A stretch of 60,923 nucleotides of DNA, filler included, from 6 parts of 6 records of this genome joined end to end with filler, not necessarily neighbours in it, one strand, 5' to 3'; shown: positions 42,297 to 51,737, counted from the first letter of the whole stretch. Made by a program: numbers and translations. Notes: generated by a model not told the origin, from the letters alone.

Positions 42297-42928
42297 AGAA
42301 AGATGTCTTGCTGACGGAAATGGAACTGGACGCTCTCCAGGAGACAATGAATATCTCCTTCGGCTCTGCGGCGGCCGATCTGGCGGAGATCATGGATATC
42401 TTTATCCAGCTCACAGTCCCGGATATCAGCGCCGTCAAAGTCTCCTCCCTTTCCAGTATCCTTGAAGAGAATATCAATGATTTTCACTCCTGCAGCGTGG
42501 TGGAACAGCAGTTCCACGGTGATTTCAAAGGGATGGCGTTCCTGGTTTTTCCCCATGGGGACGAGATGGATCTGATCTCTTACTTTCAGTATCCCGGAAC
42601 CCAGAGCTTTAAGTCGGATGAGCTTATCGATCTTGAGAAGGAGGTCCTTCTCGAGGTGGGTAATATCCTGATCGGAGCCTGCATAGGCCGGATCTTCGAA
42701 CTCCTGGAAAGCAGTATCTCCTACTCGCCGCCCCTCGTCTTGAAGGGGCGGGATTTCGACAGCTCCCTCCTGAATACGGAGGTTCAATCTCAGGATATCA
42801 CGATTATGATGAAGACTTTTTTCAAATTTGAAGACAGGGATACCAAGGGCTATCTCTTTCTTATCAACAGCTATGAATCCATTCCCCATCTGAAGAAAGC
42901 GCTGAGCCGCTTTCTGGGAGGGGAATAG
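42293..42928 (+). CDS. CheC-like phosphatase
   Basis: Two ExxN motifs: DALQETMNI and EVLLEVGNIL. Confidence 0.85.
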   Translation: MKKDVLLTEMELDALQETMNISFGSAAADLAEIMDIFIQLTVPDISAVKVSSLSSILEENINDFHSCSVVEQQFHGDFKGMAFLVFPHGDEMDLISYFQYPGTQSFKSDELIDLEKEVLLEVGNILIGACIGRIFELLESSISYSPPLVLKGRDFDSSLLNTEVQSQDITIMMKTFFKFEDRDTKGYLFLINSYESIPHLKKALSRFLGGE

Positions 42929-42932
42929 GAGC

Positions 42933-43907
42933 ATGTACAAACAGGTCCTTGACGTTTTGAATCAGGGCATTGTGATACTGGATTCACAGTATACGGTGTT
43001 GGAATGGAACAGCTGGATGGAGATCAACAGCGGACTCAAAAGAGAGGACGTCGTCGGTACCAGCCTTTTCAATCACTACCCCGATCTGAGTACTCCCAGC
43101 TTTACCCGGAGTTTCAAATCGGTCCTTCGTTTCGGCAACTATGTCTACTTTTCCCAGAAACTCCATCGCTACCTCTTCCCCTTCAAGCTCACCGGAGTGT
43201 ACTCCCAGTATTTTGAATATATGCAGCAGAGCTGCACTCTCACGCCCCTCAGGGATGAGGCCGGAGCGATCGGCAACATCGTCGTCTCCGTGCAGAACGT
43301 GACCGAGAGCGTCTATCTGGAACAGAACCTCAAGCTCATGACCCAGCAGGACAGCCTGACGGGCATCTACAACCGTCGCTTTCTGGACAGGAGGCTGGAA
43401 GAGGAGTTCAAACGGTTCAGGAGGAGCGGGCGCCGCTTCAGCCTTCTTATGATCGATATCGATAACTTCAAGAAGGTGAACGATACCTACGGGCATCAGT
43501 TCGGCGACCAGGTTCTGAAGGTCATCGCCCGCTGCTGCTCCAGTCAGATACGGGGCAGCGATATCGTGGCCCGTTTCGGAGGAGAGGAGTTCGCCGTCGC
43601 CCTGATGGACTCTTCCGCGGAAGGGGCCGTCTCCTTCGCCGAGCGTCTGAGAAAGACAATCCAGGAGTATAAGGTCACCACCGACACGGGGCAGTCCGTA
43701 AGCGTGACCGTCAGCATCGGTGTGGATGAGGTGAATGAGAAAAAGAATTCCTGGGAAGAGATTCTGGGAAATGCGGACGCCGCCCTATACGTATCGAAGA
43801 AACGAGGAAAGAACTGCGTCACCCTCTTCGACCCCTCCATTGATAAAGCGGCTGCCAAGGAGAGGAGAGCCAAGCGCAAAGGCGACTCGGGTTCCCCGTC
43901 CTCTTAG
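42933..43907 (+). CDS. PAS-GGDEF diguanylate cyclase
   Basis: PAS (GIVILD...WN.WM...G), DSLTG.YNRR, DIDNFKKVNDTYGH, RGSD I-site and RFGGEEF. Confidence 0.93.
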   Translation: MYKQVLDVLNQGIVILDSQYTVLEWNSWMEINSGLKREDVVGTSLFNHYPDLSTPSFTRSFKSVLRFGNYVYFSQKLHRYLFPFKLTGVYSQYFEYMQQSCTLTPLRDEAGAIGNIVVSVQNVTESVYLEQNLKLMTQQDSLTGIYNRRFLDRRLEEEFKRFRRSGRRFSLLMIDIDNFKKVNDTYGHQFGDQVLKVIARCCSSQIRGSDIVARFGGEEFAVALMDSSAEGAVSFAERLRKTIQEYKVTTDTGQSVSVTVSIGVDEVNEKKNSWEEILGNADAALYVSKKRGKNCVTLFDPSIDKAAAKERRAKRKGDSGSPSS

Positions 43908-43915
43908 GTGTTCAA

Positions 43916-45382
43916 TCAGACAGATTGTACCTCTTCCTGAGCCCTGTCGAAACCCATTAATGTGGCGTCGGAAGGTTTCTCGGTAAAGAGACTGACGATG
44001 ACGACAGCGACAAATGCCAGTATGAAACCGGGGAAGAGTTCGTAAACATACTCGCCTTCCATGCTGACATAGTTCTTTACGACAAAGATGGTCAGAGATC
44101 CGGTGATTATTCCGGCCAGAGCCCCCGCCCATGTCGTTTTGCGCCAGATCAGCGAAAGAAGGATAACCGGACCGAAGGCCGCGCCGAATCCGCCCCAGGC
44201 GTATCCCACCATGCTGAGAATGTTTCCCGAATCGGTGAAGGCAATGAGAAAGGCCAACAGGGCGAATCCCACGACTCCGAGCCTGCTGATCCACTCCTTC
44301 CTGGCGTCGTCCATTCTGCGGATAGCGGGAATGTCCTCGGTAAGGGAGGAGGTCAGAACCAGAAGCTGAGAGTCTGCGGTGGACATCACCGCCGCCAGAA
44401 CGGCCGCGAGAACGAATCCGCCGAAAACCGGATGGAAAAGGGCCGAGGTCATGGCCAGGAAGATCTTCTCGCTATTGGCGTCGGGACCGCTGAGTCCTTC
44501 CATGGGACTGATGGCGTTGAAGCCTATGCCCACTAAGCCGATGGTAATGGCGAGAGTCATGCAAATGCCCATCCAGGAAATTCCGATACGTCGCGCCCTG
44601 GTTACGGATTTTACGTCTTTGATACCGATGAATCTGGTCAGGATATGGGGCTGTCCGAAGTAACCGAAGCCCCATGCCATCAGGGAGATACCCGTAATCC
44701 AGCTGATGGATACATTGAAGGCATCCGGATTGGCCGAAGCGATTCCGCTTCCCTTACCGGATACCGCGAAGAATCCGAGGAGCGCGCAGAAGAGAAGGGC
44801 TCCGAGCATCAGAATCCCCTGGATCAGGTCGGTCCAGCAGACCGCCATATAACCGCCCAGAAATGTGTAGGAGACGACCACCAGGGTGGTGACGATAAGC
44901 CCCACTTTCTCGCTGGCCCCGAAGGTATGGGCGAAGAGCAGCGTTCCTCCTTTGAGGCCTGAGGCCACATAGAGGGTGAAGAATATGAGGATGACCAGGG
45001 TGGATAGGACCTGGATGATCCCCTTCTGATCGTCGAAGCGCTTGCCGAGATACCCGGGAATGGTCACGGCCCTGTAGTAGGCGGTAGCGGATCGCAGACG
45101 GCCCGCCACGACCAGCCAGTTGAAGTACGCGCCGATCAGGAGTCCCAGGCAGATCCAGAATCCTTCAACAAGCCCTCCGGCGAATACGGCGCCGGGAATT
45201 CCCAGAAGAAGCCAGCTGGACATATCGGAAGCGCCGGCGGAGATGGCGCTGGTGACGGGGCCTATGGTTCGGCCACCGATAAGAAAGTCCTCGTTTGTAT
45301 TGGTTTTTTTCATAGACACGTAGCCTACTCCGAGCATGAGGAGAAGATACAGTCCGAATTGGATGTAGAAAATCACGTTCAC
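43916..45382 (-). CDS. putP: Sodium/proline symporter
   Basis: SAGASDMSSWLLLGIPG, WTDLIQG, GYFGQPHIL, AAVMSTADSQLL and YAWGGFGAAFGP. Confidence 0.92.
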   Translation of the reverse strand: MNVIFYIQFGLYLLLMLGVGYVSMKKTNTNEDFLIGGRTIGPVTSAISAGASDMSSWLLLGIPGAVFAGGLVEGFWICLGLLIGAYFNWLVVAGRLRSATAYYRAVTIPGYLGKRFDDQKGIIQVLSTLVILIFFTLYVASGLKGGTLLFAHTFGASEKVGLIVTTLVVVSYTFLGGYMAVCWTDLIQGILMLGALLFCALLGFFAVSGKGSGIASANPDAFNVSISWITGISLMAWGFGYFGQPHILTRFIGIKDVKSVTRARRIGISWMGICMTLAITIGLVGIGFNAISPMEGLSGPDANSEKIFLAMTSALFHPVFGGFVLAAVLAAVMSTADSQLLVLTSSLTEDIPAIRRMDDARKEWISRLGVVGFALLAFLIAFTDSGNILSMVGYAWGGFGAAFGPVILLSLIWRKTTWAGALAGIITGSLTIFVVKNYVSMEGEYVYELFPGFILAFVAVVIVSLFTEKPSDATLMGFDRAQEEVQSV

Positions 45383-45491
45383 CGTCCTTAATTTTTTAAT
45401 TATTAAAGTAATGAATAATTAATAGATTTGTAATGTATGGAAATGATACGGCATTGCCGCCGTTTAGGTCAATTGGGAATGTATATTTATA

Positions 45492-45525
45492 CGGCCTGAG
45501 TCTTTCTTTCCTAGACTCAGGGCCG
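45492..45525. terminator. Hairpin downstream of the cupin gene
   Basis: CCTGAGTCT/AGACTCAGG stem; poor U-tract on the minus strand. Confidence 0.5.
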
Positions 45526-45554
45526 ATTGTTTGATTTTATTACGGATTTTCTGT

Positions 45555-45887
45555 TTAAAGATGCGGAGCGCAGGCCCATGCGGTGACGGAGATGGCGTCT
45601 CCGATATTGACGCTGTAATGGGGCTGGCCTTCGGGGATCAGGATGCAGTCGCCCTTGTGCAGCTCGTGAACCTCATCCAGATCGGGCAGGTGCATGGCAA
45701 TCCTGCCCTCTATTACGTAACAGGTTTCGTCGGCACCCGTATGCCCCTTGTCCACGCAGGCTTTCTGGCCGGGCAGAAGGGTGCTGGTGGCGAAGATCAG
45801 TTTATCGGTGTGAAAGTACACCTTGGTAAACTCATCCCCCTCCAGAAGGTTTTTCGTATCGTTGTAGCGGACGATCTTTGTGCTCAT
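45555..45887 (-). CDS. Small cupin-domain protein
   Basis: PG......GH...DE..YVIEG and GD.I.IP.G.PH...N.G cupin motifs. Confidence 0.88.
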   Translation of the reverse strand: MSTKIVRYNDTKNLLEGDEFTKVYFHTDKLIFATSTLLPGQKACVDKGHTGADETCYVIEGRIAMHLPDLDEVHELHKGDCILIPEGQPHYSVNIGDAISVTAWACAPHL

Positions 45888-45972
45888 TCATTTCTCCTTT
45901 TATCCTGTTCTAGCTCCAGCGGAGCTCCGGTGGCTTGCTTTCATAGGGACGAAGGGCCTGCCTATGGTAAGC
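45888..45972 (-). ncRNA. Candidate structured 5'-leader RNA, copy 2
   Basis: Hairpins GCTT..CATAGG/CCTATG.AAGC and AGCTCC/GGAGCT; core homologous to 41618-41682. Confidence 0.6.
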
Positions 45973-45979
45973 TGGATCT

Positions 45980-46008
45980 ACTATCCGACGAGGGATGATT
46001 CCTGTCAA
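45980..46008 (-). promoter_or_regulatory. Sigma-70 promoter for leader copy 2 and the cupin
   Basis: TTGACA-N17-GATAGT on the minus strand. Confidence 0.6.
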
Positions 46009-46118
46009 GGGAAACCCGAAAAAGGGCCGGCCACAGTCGATCCCGCCGGACGGTTTCACCAGGGTCATGAGGGCATGGGAAACCGAAGGATTTAATGCCG
46101 CCGGACTCTCATAAGGGA

Positions 46119-46502
46119 TCAGTCGCTGCCCCTGCTCTTTTCCAGTTCCCGAACCTTCTTGTCGATCTGATTGACCCTGTACTCGATGGAGTTGAGGATC
46201 CAGAACTGGAAATGACTGACCTTGTGGGCATTGTTCATCATCCAGATGATCTTGATGGAAAGGAAAAGGAGCCCCACCTCCAGGGAGACGAAGGGCGGCA
46301 GGAAGTGGGTCGTGACCTCAAGGACAAAGAAGGTGAGGACGACGATCAGGAAACCCATATTGATCAGCTTCTCCCTCCGTACAGAGCGGGTGCCCCCAAG
46401 ATTGCCAAGTATCTGCTTGACCCTCTCTTTCTCCTTCTTGAACTCTTCGAGCTCCCTCTCAAGTTCCTTTTCCCTGTCGCTTACAGTCTTTTGGTCATCC
46501 AT
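46119..46502 (-). CDS. Hypothetical membrane protein (coiled coil, 2 TM, coiled coil)
   Basis: 127 aa with AAGGAG RBS; charged heptad N-terminus and two hydrophobic segments. Confidence 0.75.
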   Translation of the reverse strand: MDDQKTVSDREKELERELEEFKKEKERVKQILGNLGGTRSVRREKLINMGFLIVVLTFFVLEVTTHFLPPFVSLEVGLLFLSIKIIWMMNNAHKVSHFQFWILNSIEYRVNQIDKKVRELEKSRGSD

Positions 46503-46642
46503 CGGCAGCCTGTCTCCTTTTACATGATCCTTTGCCCATTATAACCTGATACGCCAGTTCGGAAAAAGGGAGCTGTCCAAACGATCCTGTTCCAGGAGGC
46601 TTCACAGGTTGTAGGGGCAGTCAATCACGTGATCGGGATCAG

Positions 46643-47275
46643 CTATTGTAACAGCCTCATAAGATCATCCGGCGATCTGAGCCTGCCATCGGGCCTAAGG
46701 GCCATCCCGAAGCCGTACTCCGAATGGATAAAGGGAAGTCCCGCCTCCCGGGCTGACTGTTCGTCCAGGGCCGTGTCACCGATATAGACTCCCCTCCGGA
46801 TCCCGTTTCTCTCCAGGATAAAGCCTATGTTCCTGGACTTCTTCATTCCCGTTCGTCCGGAGCACTCGAAATCCCTGAAAAGCTCTGCTAATCCGTGGTA
46901 CTCCAGAAAGGCTTCTATATAACCGTCCTGACAGTTACTGACAATATACAGGGGCCGCGTTGGGGCCAGCGCTTTCAAAACCCTTTCCATGCCGGGATAG
47001 AGATCTCCCCCGCGACGGCGGATCGTCGCTATCTCCTCCGCATAGCACTCGAGGAGGATCCTTCCCTGATCCTCTTCCTTCAGTCCGGGTAGAAGATGGC
47101 GGCCCACCTCGTCATCGGGTAGACCCATGATGCTCTGGAGATCCTTTTTCCCGGGAACGGGACTGATGCCCCTGCGGGAGAGTACGGCCTGCCAGGCCAG
47201 GGTGCAGCTCTCCGACGAGTCCCACAGGGTGCCGTCCAGGTCGAAGATCAGGGCGTCGCGGTCTTTGAGTGTCAT
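46643..47275 (-). CDS. HAD-family hydrolase
   Basis: IFDLDGTLWDS, IVSN and YIGDT..D...A. Confidence 0.92.
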   Translation of the reverse strand: MTLKDRDALIFDLDGTLWDSSESCTLAWQAVLSRRGISPVPGKKDLQSIMGLPDDEVGRHLLPGLKEEDQGRILLECYAEEIATIRRRGGDLYPGMERVLKALAPTRPLYIVSNCQDGYIEAFLEYHGLAELFRDFECSGRTGMKKSRNIGFILERNGIRRGVYIGDTALDEQSAREAGLPFIHSEYGFGMALRPDGRLRSPDDLMRLLQ

Positions 47276-47315
47276 AGGACCTCCTTCATGCCGGATTGAT
47301 TTTCATCGGCAGTAT

Positions 47316-47681
47316 CTATTTTTTTCCCATCTGCTCATCAAGGGTTCTGGTCAGATGGCTTACGGTGGAACCGGTGTGCTTCGTCGATTTCAGCTCAATC
47401 AGCATGACCCGGCACTCCTTTTCGGCCCGGGGGAAGTGGCGGCGTCCCTTCCTGACCACATGCATATCCCCTTCTGTCAGGACCTCTTCCGCATCATCAT
47501 AATGAATGATCAGAGAGCCATCTACTACATAGAAAAGTTCATCCTCATCGTCGTGGGTATGCCAAACGAAGTCGCCCTTGACCTTGGCGATCTTCACATA
47601 GGAATCGTTGACCTCCGCCACGATAACGGGCGCCCAGTATTCATTGATTTTATCGAACTCTTCATTCAGGTTGCTGATCAT
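47316..47681 (-). CDS. Cupin-domain protein
   Basis: W.P.IVAEVND, GDFVWHTHDDEDELFYV and HFP.A. Confidence 0.9.
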   Translation of the reverse strand: MISNLNEEFDKINEYWAPVIVAEVNDSYVKIAKVKGDFVWHTHDDEDELFYVVDGSLIIHYDDAEEVLTEGDMHVVRKGRRHFPRAEKECRVMLIELKSTKHTGSTVSHLTRTLDEQMGKK

Positions 47682-47899
47682 CTTAACTCCTTGACTTCAC
47701 TCATAAGGGACTCTGGAAATACAAGCAACAGTATAGCCGATTGTTGGGAACATTGCTTCAGGTATTTTATTGTCAGACCTGACAGGATATACATTATCAT
47801 TAGAGTAATAATAGGTCTGTCCGTGTTGTATATGTACTATAATTAATCTACAAGGCCTTCTATTGTAGTCATGATTGAACCCTTCTCAGGAGGATCGCA

Positions 47900-48922
47900 A
47901 TGGCTTTCTTCAGATATTTCACTGTTATCTCGTATTGGATTTTAACTGTTCTATGGTCTTTTATCTTTGTTTTTTATATCAGGAAGATCATTAATAGAAA
48001 GCTCGGCAGCAAATTATTGTTTACCCTTCTTACAATTCTGGCAATTGATTCATTTAGAACACTTTTTGAAAGCCTTTATTTCGGCTTCTGGTTTACATCT
48101 CTGGAAGGGTTTCTCCCAGAATCAATACATGCCGTACTGGTTCGGCCCGAAAATGTGTTCATACCGAAGAGCATCAACGTCATAGCGGCCTTATTGATCA
48201 TTGTCATCCTCTTAAAACACTGGATCCCGGAAGAGCTGGCCGAGAGAAAAAGGGACATGGCGCATACGGAAGAACTGAAGGGTGAGATAGATCGCAGGAA
48301 AGCCATAGAGAGAAAGCTGATGAAGAACGAAGAGCAGCTTATGGAAGCTCAAAAGCAGGCTCAGCTCGGCTACTATGTCCTCAATATCAATGAGATGAAA
48401 TGGAGCAGCTCTATCGTCCTTGATGAGATCTTCGGTATCGATGACGATTATACGAGGGACTATGAAGGATGGGTGAATCTTCTGCATCCTGAAGATCGGG
48501 ACATGATGATTTCCTATCTTGAGAAATTTGTCCTGTCTGAACACGAAGAGTTCAATAAGGAGTACAGAATCGTCAATCTTAGGGATCGGAAAACGGTCTG
48601 GATCCATGGGATCGGGCATCTGAAATTCGATGGTGACGGCAGTTTGTATGAAATGTTTGGGACCATTCAGGATGTTACCGAACACAAAAAGCTTATCACC
48701 GATCTCGAGGATGCTCTGCAGAATATTAAAATACTGGGCGGTTTGATTCCCATCTGTTCTAAATGCAAAAACGTTCGTGACGATAAAGGATACTGGGAGC
48801 ATCTTGAGTCCTATATTGACAGGCATTCGGATATGTCTTTCAGCCACTCTCTCTGTCCGAAATGCGCAAAGGAACTGTACGGCGATGAGAAATGGTTCGG
48901 TAGAATGACAGAAGAGGATTAG
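47900..48922 (+). CDS. Membrane-anchored PAS protein with C-terminal Cys/His (putative Zn-binding) domain
   Basis: 3 TM segments, coiled coil, PAS_3 (HPEDR, EYRI, GTIQDVT), then IPICSKCK.VRD..GYW...SH.LCPKC. Confidence 0.82.
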   Translation: MAFFRYFTVISYWILTVLWSFIFVFYIRKIINRKLGSKLLFTLLTILAIDSFRTLFESLYFGFWFTSLEGFLPESIHAVLVRPENVFIPKSINVIAALLIIVILLKHWIPEELAERKRDMAHTEELKGEIDRRKAIERKLMKNEEQLMEAQKQAQLGYYVLNINEMKWSSSIVLDEIFGIDDDYTRDYEGWVNLLHPEDRDMMISYLEKFVLSEHEEFNKEYRIVNLRDRKTVWIHGIGHLKFDGDGSLYEMFGTIQDVTEHKKLITDLEDALQNIKILGGLIPICSKCKNVRDDKGYWEHLESYIDRHSDMSFSHSLCPKCAKELYGDEKWFGRMTEED

Positions 48923-48923
48923 C

Positions 48924-49023
48924 NNNNNNNNNNNNNNNNNNNNNNNNNNNNNNNNNNNNNNNNNNNNTTAATTAATTAANNNNNNNNNNNNNNNNNNNNN
49001 NNNNNNNNNNNNNNNNNNNNNNN
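48924..49023. other. Artificial contig spacer
   Basis: N44-TTAATTAATTAA-N44. Confidence 0.98.
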
Positions 49024-49117
49024 CTCGACCTTGGAAAAAACTCCTCATTTATGTACAGACACTAAATAAGAGCGGGCCTGATTCAAATTAAGAAATCGTC
49101 GGCAAACAGGATTAGTA

Positions 49118-51094
49118 ATGATTGAAAAAATGACGAACAACGGAAACTCATTTGACGGAGCAACAGGCCCTGTTCTTGGTATTGATGCGGGCGGAACCTA
49201 CACTGATGTTATTCTTTTGGACCAGGGGACCGGAGAAGTTCTTTTAAGGCATAAGTCGCCGACAACCCGGCCGGACCCTTTGGAAGGCATAAAAGCCGGT
49301 TTGGAAGGGTTGGGGGATGTGGATTTCAACCGTGTGGAAATGGTTTCCCTGGCCACGACTTTTGCCACAAATGCCATTGTTGAGGAGACAGGCGCGGAAG
49401 CGGGCCTGATTTTGATCGGTTATGAAAAGACACCGGAAGTCATCCCCAATGGAACCCGCATTCTGCACATCAAGGGCGGCCATACGGTCACAGGCGTGGA
49501 ACAGGAGCCATTGGATACGGAGACTCTGGACAGTGTGCTGGAATCATTTATCGAAGGTCTTGACACTATTGCCGTCACCGGTTTTTTTTCGGTTCGGAAT
49601 CCCGAGCATGAACAGATTGTGACTGAAAGGATCAAACGATTTTGCGATCTGCCGGTGATTCCGGGCCATCGTTTGTCCATGAAACTGGATGCAATCAAAA
49701 GGGCGGCCACATCCTGGCTGAACGCACGACTGATACCTTTAATCAGAAACCTGATCGGTTCATGTCAAAATGTTTTGGAAAATTATGGGATAAAAGCGCC
49801 GCTCATGGTGGTGCGGAGCGACGGGACCCTGATGTCGGCGCATATGGCCCTGGAACGGCCAATTGATACGTTGCTCTCCGGCCCGGCTGCGAGCATTTTA
49901 GGGGCTAAACATCTGGCAGGGCTTGATGAGTGCCTGATTGTCGACATGGGCGGAACGACAACAGACATGGCCGTCCTTTCCGATGGACGGGTCAGAACTT
50001 CGCCCAAGGGAGCCAGGATCGGCAAGTGGGAAACCCATGTTGAAGCCGCCCGCGTCCGCACGGTAGGGCTGGGCGGAGACAGTTATATTCATGTGGAAAA
50101 ATATAAGAACATCAAGGTCGGACCGCGCCGCGTAATTCCCCTATGCGTCCAGGCGGAAAAGGATGAACGCATTTTTGACCATTTACAATCTGTTTTAAAA
50201 CGGATTCGATATACTCCCTGCCGGGTCGCCAATCCTTGTTCTTTTTACTTTGAAAGCAATCACCACGGATTAGGCGAAGGAAAGCTGATCGGGGAGTATG
50301 ATCTGTGGACGCAATCCGACGGCGTTTCCTTGTATAGCCTGATTGAAAAGGAAGCCAGAGGCTTGTATTTCAGGACGGCTCTGACTCCAACAGACATCCG
50401 TGCGGCCAACGGAGAAATGAGCTTGGGAAATACGGAAGCATCCCGACTGGCCCTGAGCATCTTTGCCGTTCACATGGAAATGACCGAGGAAGAACTGACC
50501 AGGCAGGTTAATGAATATATATATAAAACGCTTTGCCTTGAGACGGTTGCCTTTGTATCCGGCAAGGACCACGAGCTTTTTACCGGTTTGGGGGACCGCT
50601 AGTATAATTCATCAGACAACGGCGGCCCCAGCGGCGTCGATCTCGACCTCCGGGTGACTCTGACATCGCCCGTGGTCGGACTCGGGGCGCCGGCTCATGC
50701 CTGCATGCCCCAGGCTTTCAGGCATATTAACACCGACACTCTTCTGCCTGAAGGATATGACGTCTCCGTGGCCGTGGGTTCGGTTGTGGGCATCGTGGAC
50801 CGGACCTACAAGGGATTCACCATGGCTAATGATTCCGGCGACTTTGATTTGTTTACTCCAAAGGGCAAGAAAGCATGCAAGAGCCTGGAAGAAGCCATAG
50901 AAACAGGACGGGCAATGATGGAAGACCTGGCCAGGGAAGAAATGCTGCAAAATTATGTGGATGAGCCGTTAATTGAATTCGAATCCTATGCAATTGCATT
51001 TGACGAAACCTCCGCAGACGGGAGTCTTCGTACCGAACTTGTTTTGAGGGCCTCGGGGAGGCCTACGGTGAGCGTTTCGGAAAAGATGAGATAG
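49118..51094 (+). CDS. Hydantoinase/oxoprolinase-family (ASKHA) protein with an in-frame TAG at 50600-50602 (read-through or pseudogene)
   Basis: GIDAGGTYTD, SLATT.ATNA, LSGPAAS, DMGGTTTD, GLGGDS and TPTD; the same frame continues past the TAG into PVVGLGAPA...AVG.V. Joined length 658 codons. Confidence 0.8.
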
Positions 51095-51103
51095 TTTAAG
51101 AGC

Positions 51104-51132
51104 TTGACATACAGCCTCCCCTGCTTTACTTT
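51104..51132 (+). promoter_or_regulatory. Sigma-70 promoter for the Cys-rich ORF/DUF2318/ABC operon
   Basis: TTGACA-N17-TACTTT. Confidence 0.65.
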
Positions 51133-51157
51133 TAAAAGGAAAGCTTGGAGGTTGTTG

Positions 51158-51598
51158 TTGGCAAAGCTTAGAGCAATATCGGTAATTTTGATCTTGTGCC
51201 TGTTTACCGCCCAGACATGGGCCGGGATTATGCCGGCAAGTTATACTTGTGCGAAAGACGCTGATATTGCAAACAAAATATCTTCATGCTGCCATAAAGA
51301 AACAACCCAAGATCATCATGCGGGTGCTTTATCATGCTGCGCGGGTACAACAGGGTCTGTTCAGTTGAATGAGTCCGAACCACTAAGCTGCGAGTGCCAA
51401 ATTAAAGCTGGAGCTCAACTCCCCGAAGCATTACCGGCAACAGTTAATACCGGCGCATCAGAACGCCTTGAAAAACTGACAGTTCCGGCCCAATATACGC
51501 CAGCCGGAGTCATCAGCGGGATATCCGTATTTATTTCAAGATATTCCGTGCCTTACGACCCTCTAATTTTCCTTAAACAAGTTTCTCTCCAAATTTGA
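51158..51598 (+). CDS. Exported Cys/His-rich small protein (putative metal-responsive leader)
   Basis: GGAGG RBS then TTG start; signal peptide; C, CCH, HH, CC and CxC clusters; C-terminus DPLIFLKQVSLQI. Confidence 0.65.
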   Translation: MAKLRAISVILILCLFTAQTWAGIMPASYTCAKDADIANKISSCCHKETTQDHHAGALSCCAGTTGSVQLNESEPLSCECQIKAGAQLPEALPATVNTGASERLEKLTVPAQYTPAGVISGISVFISRYSVPYDPLIFLKQVSLQI

Positions 51599-51737
51599 TT
51601 CATCCCGACCTTTATTAAATTTCAAAATTAATATCAGTCGTATCAACGGATCTGCCTATTTATTGGATTTACCAGGGATCCATGATTTTCAATTGAAATG
51701 CGTACAATTGAACCAGTTTGGAATAAGGAGAGAAACT

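Noticed and set aside
46060-46122. TAATGCC and CTGATC fragments resembling a TPP riboswitch
   Set aside because: The fragments are on opposite strands, there is no CTGAGA core, and no thiamine gene is downstream.
51092-51157. Second TAG in frame with the Cys-rich ORF, suggesting a longer read-through fusion
   Set aside because: The interval holds a promoter and RBS, the downstream ORF has its own signal peptide, and the upstream protein appears complete; a shared frame has a 1-in-3 chance.
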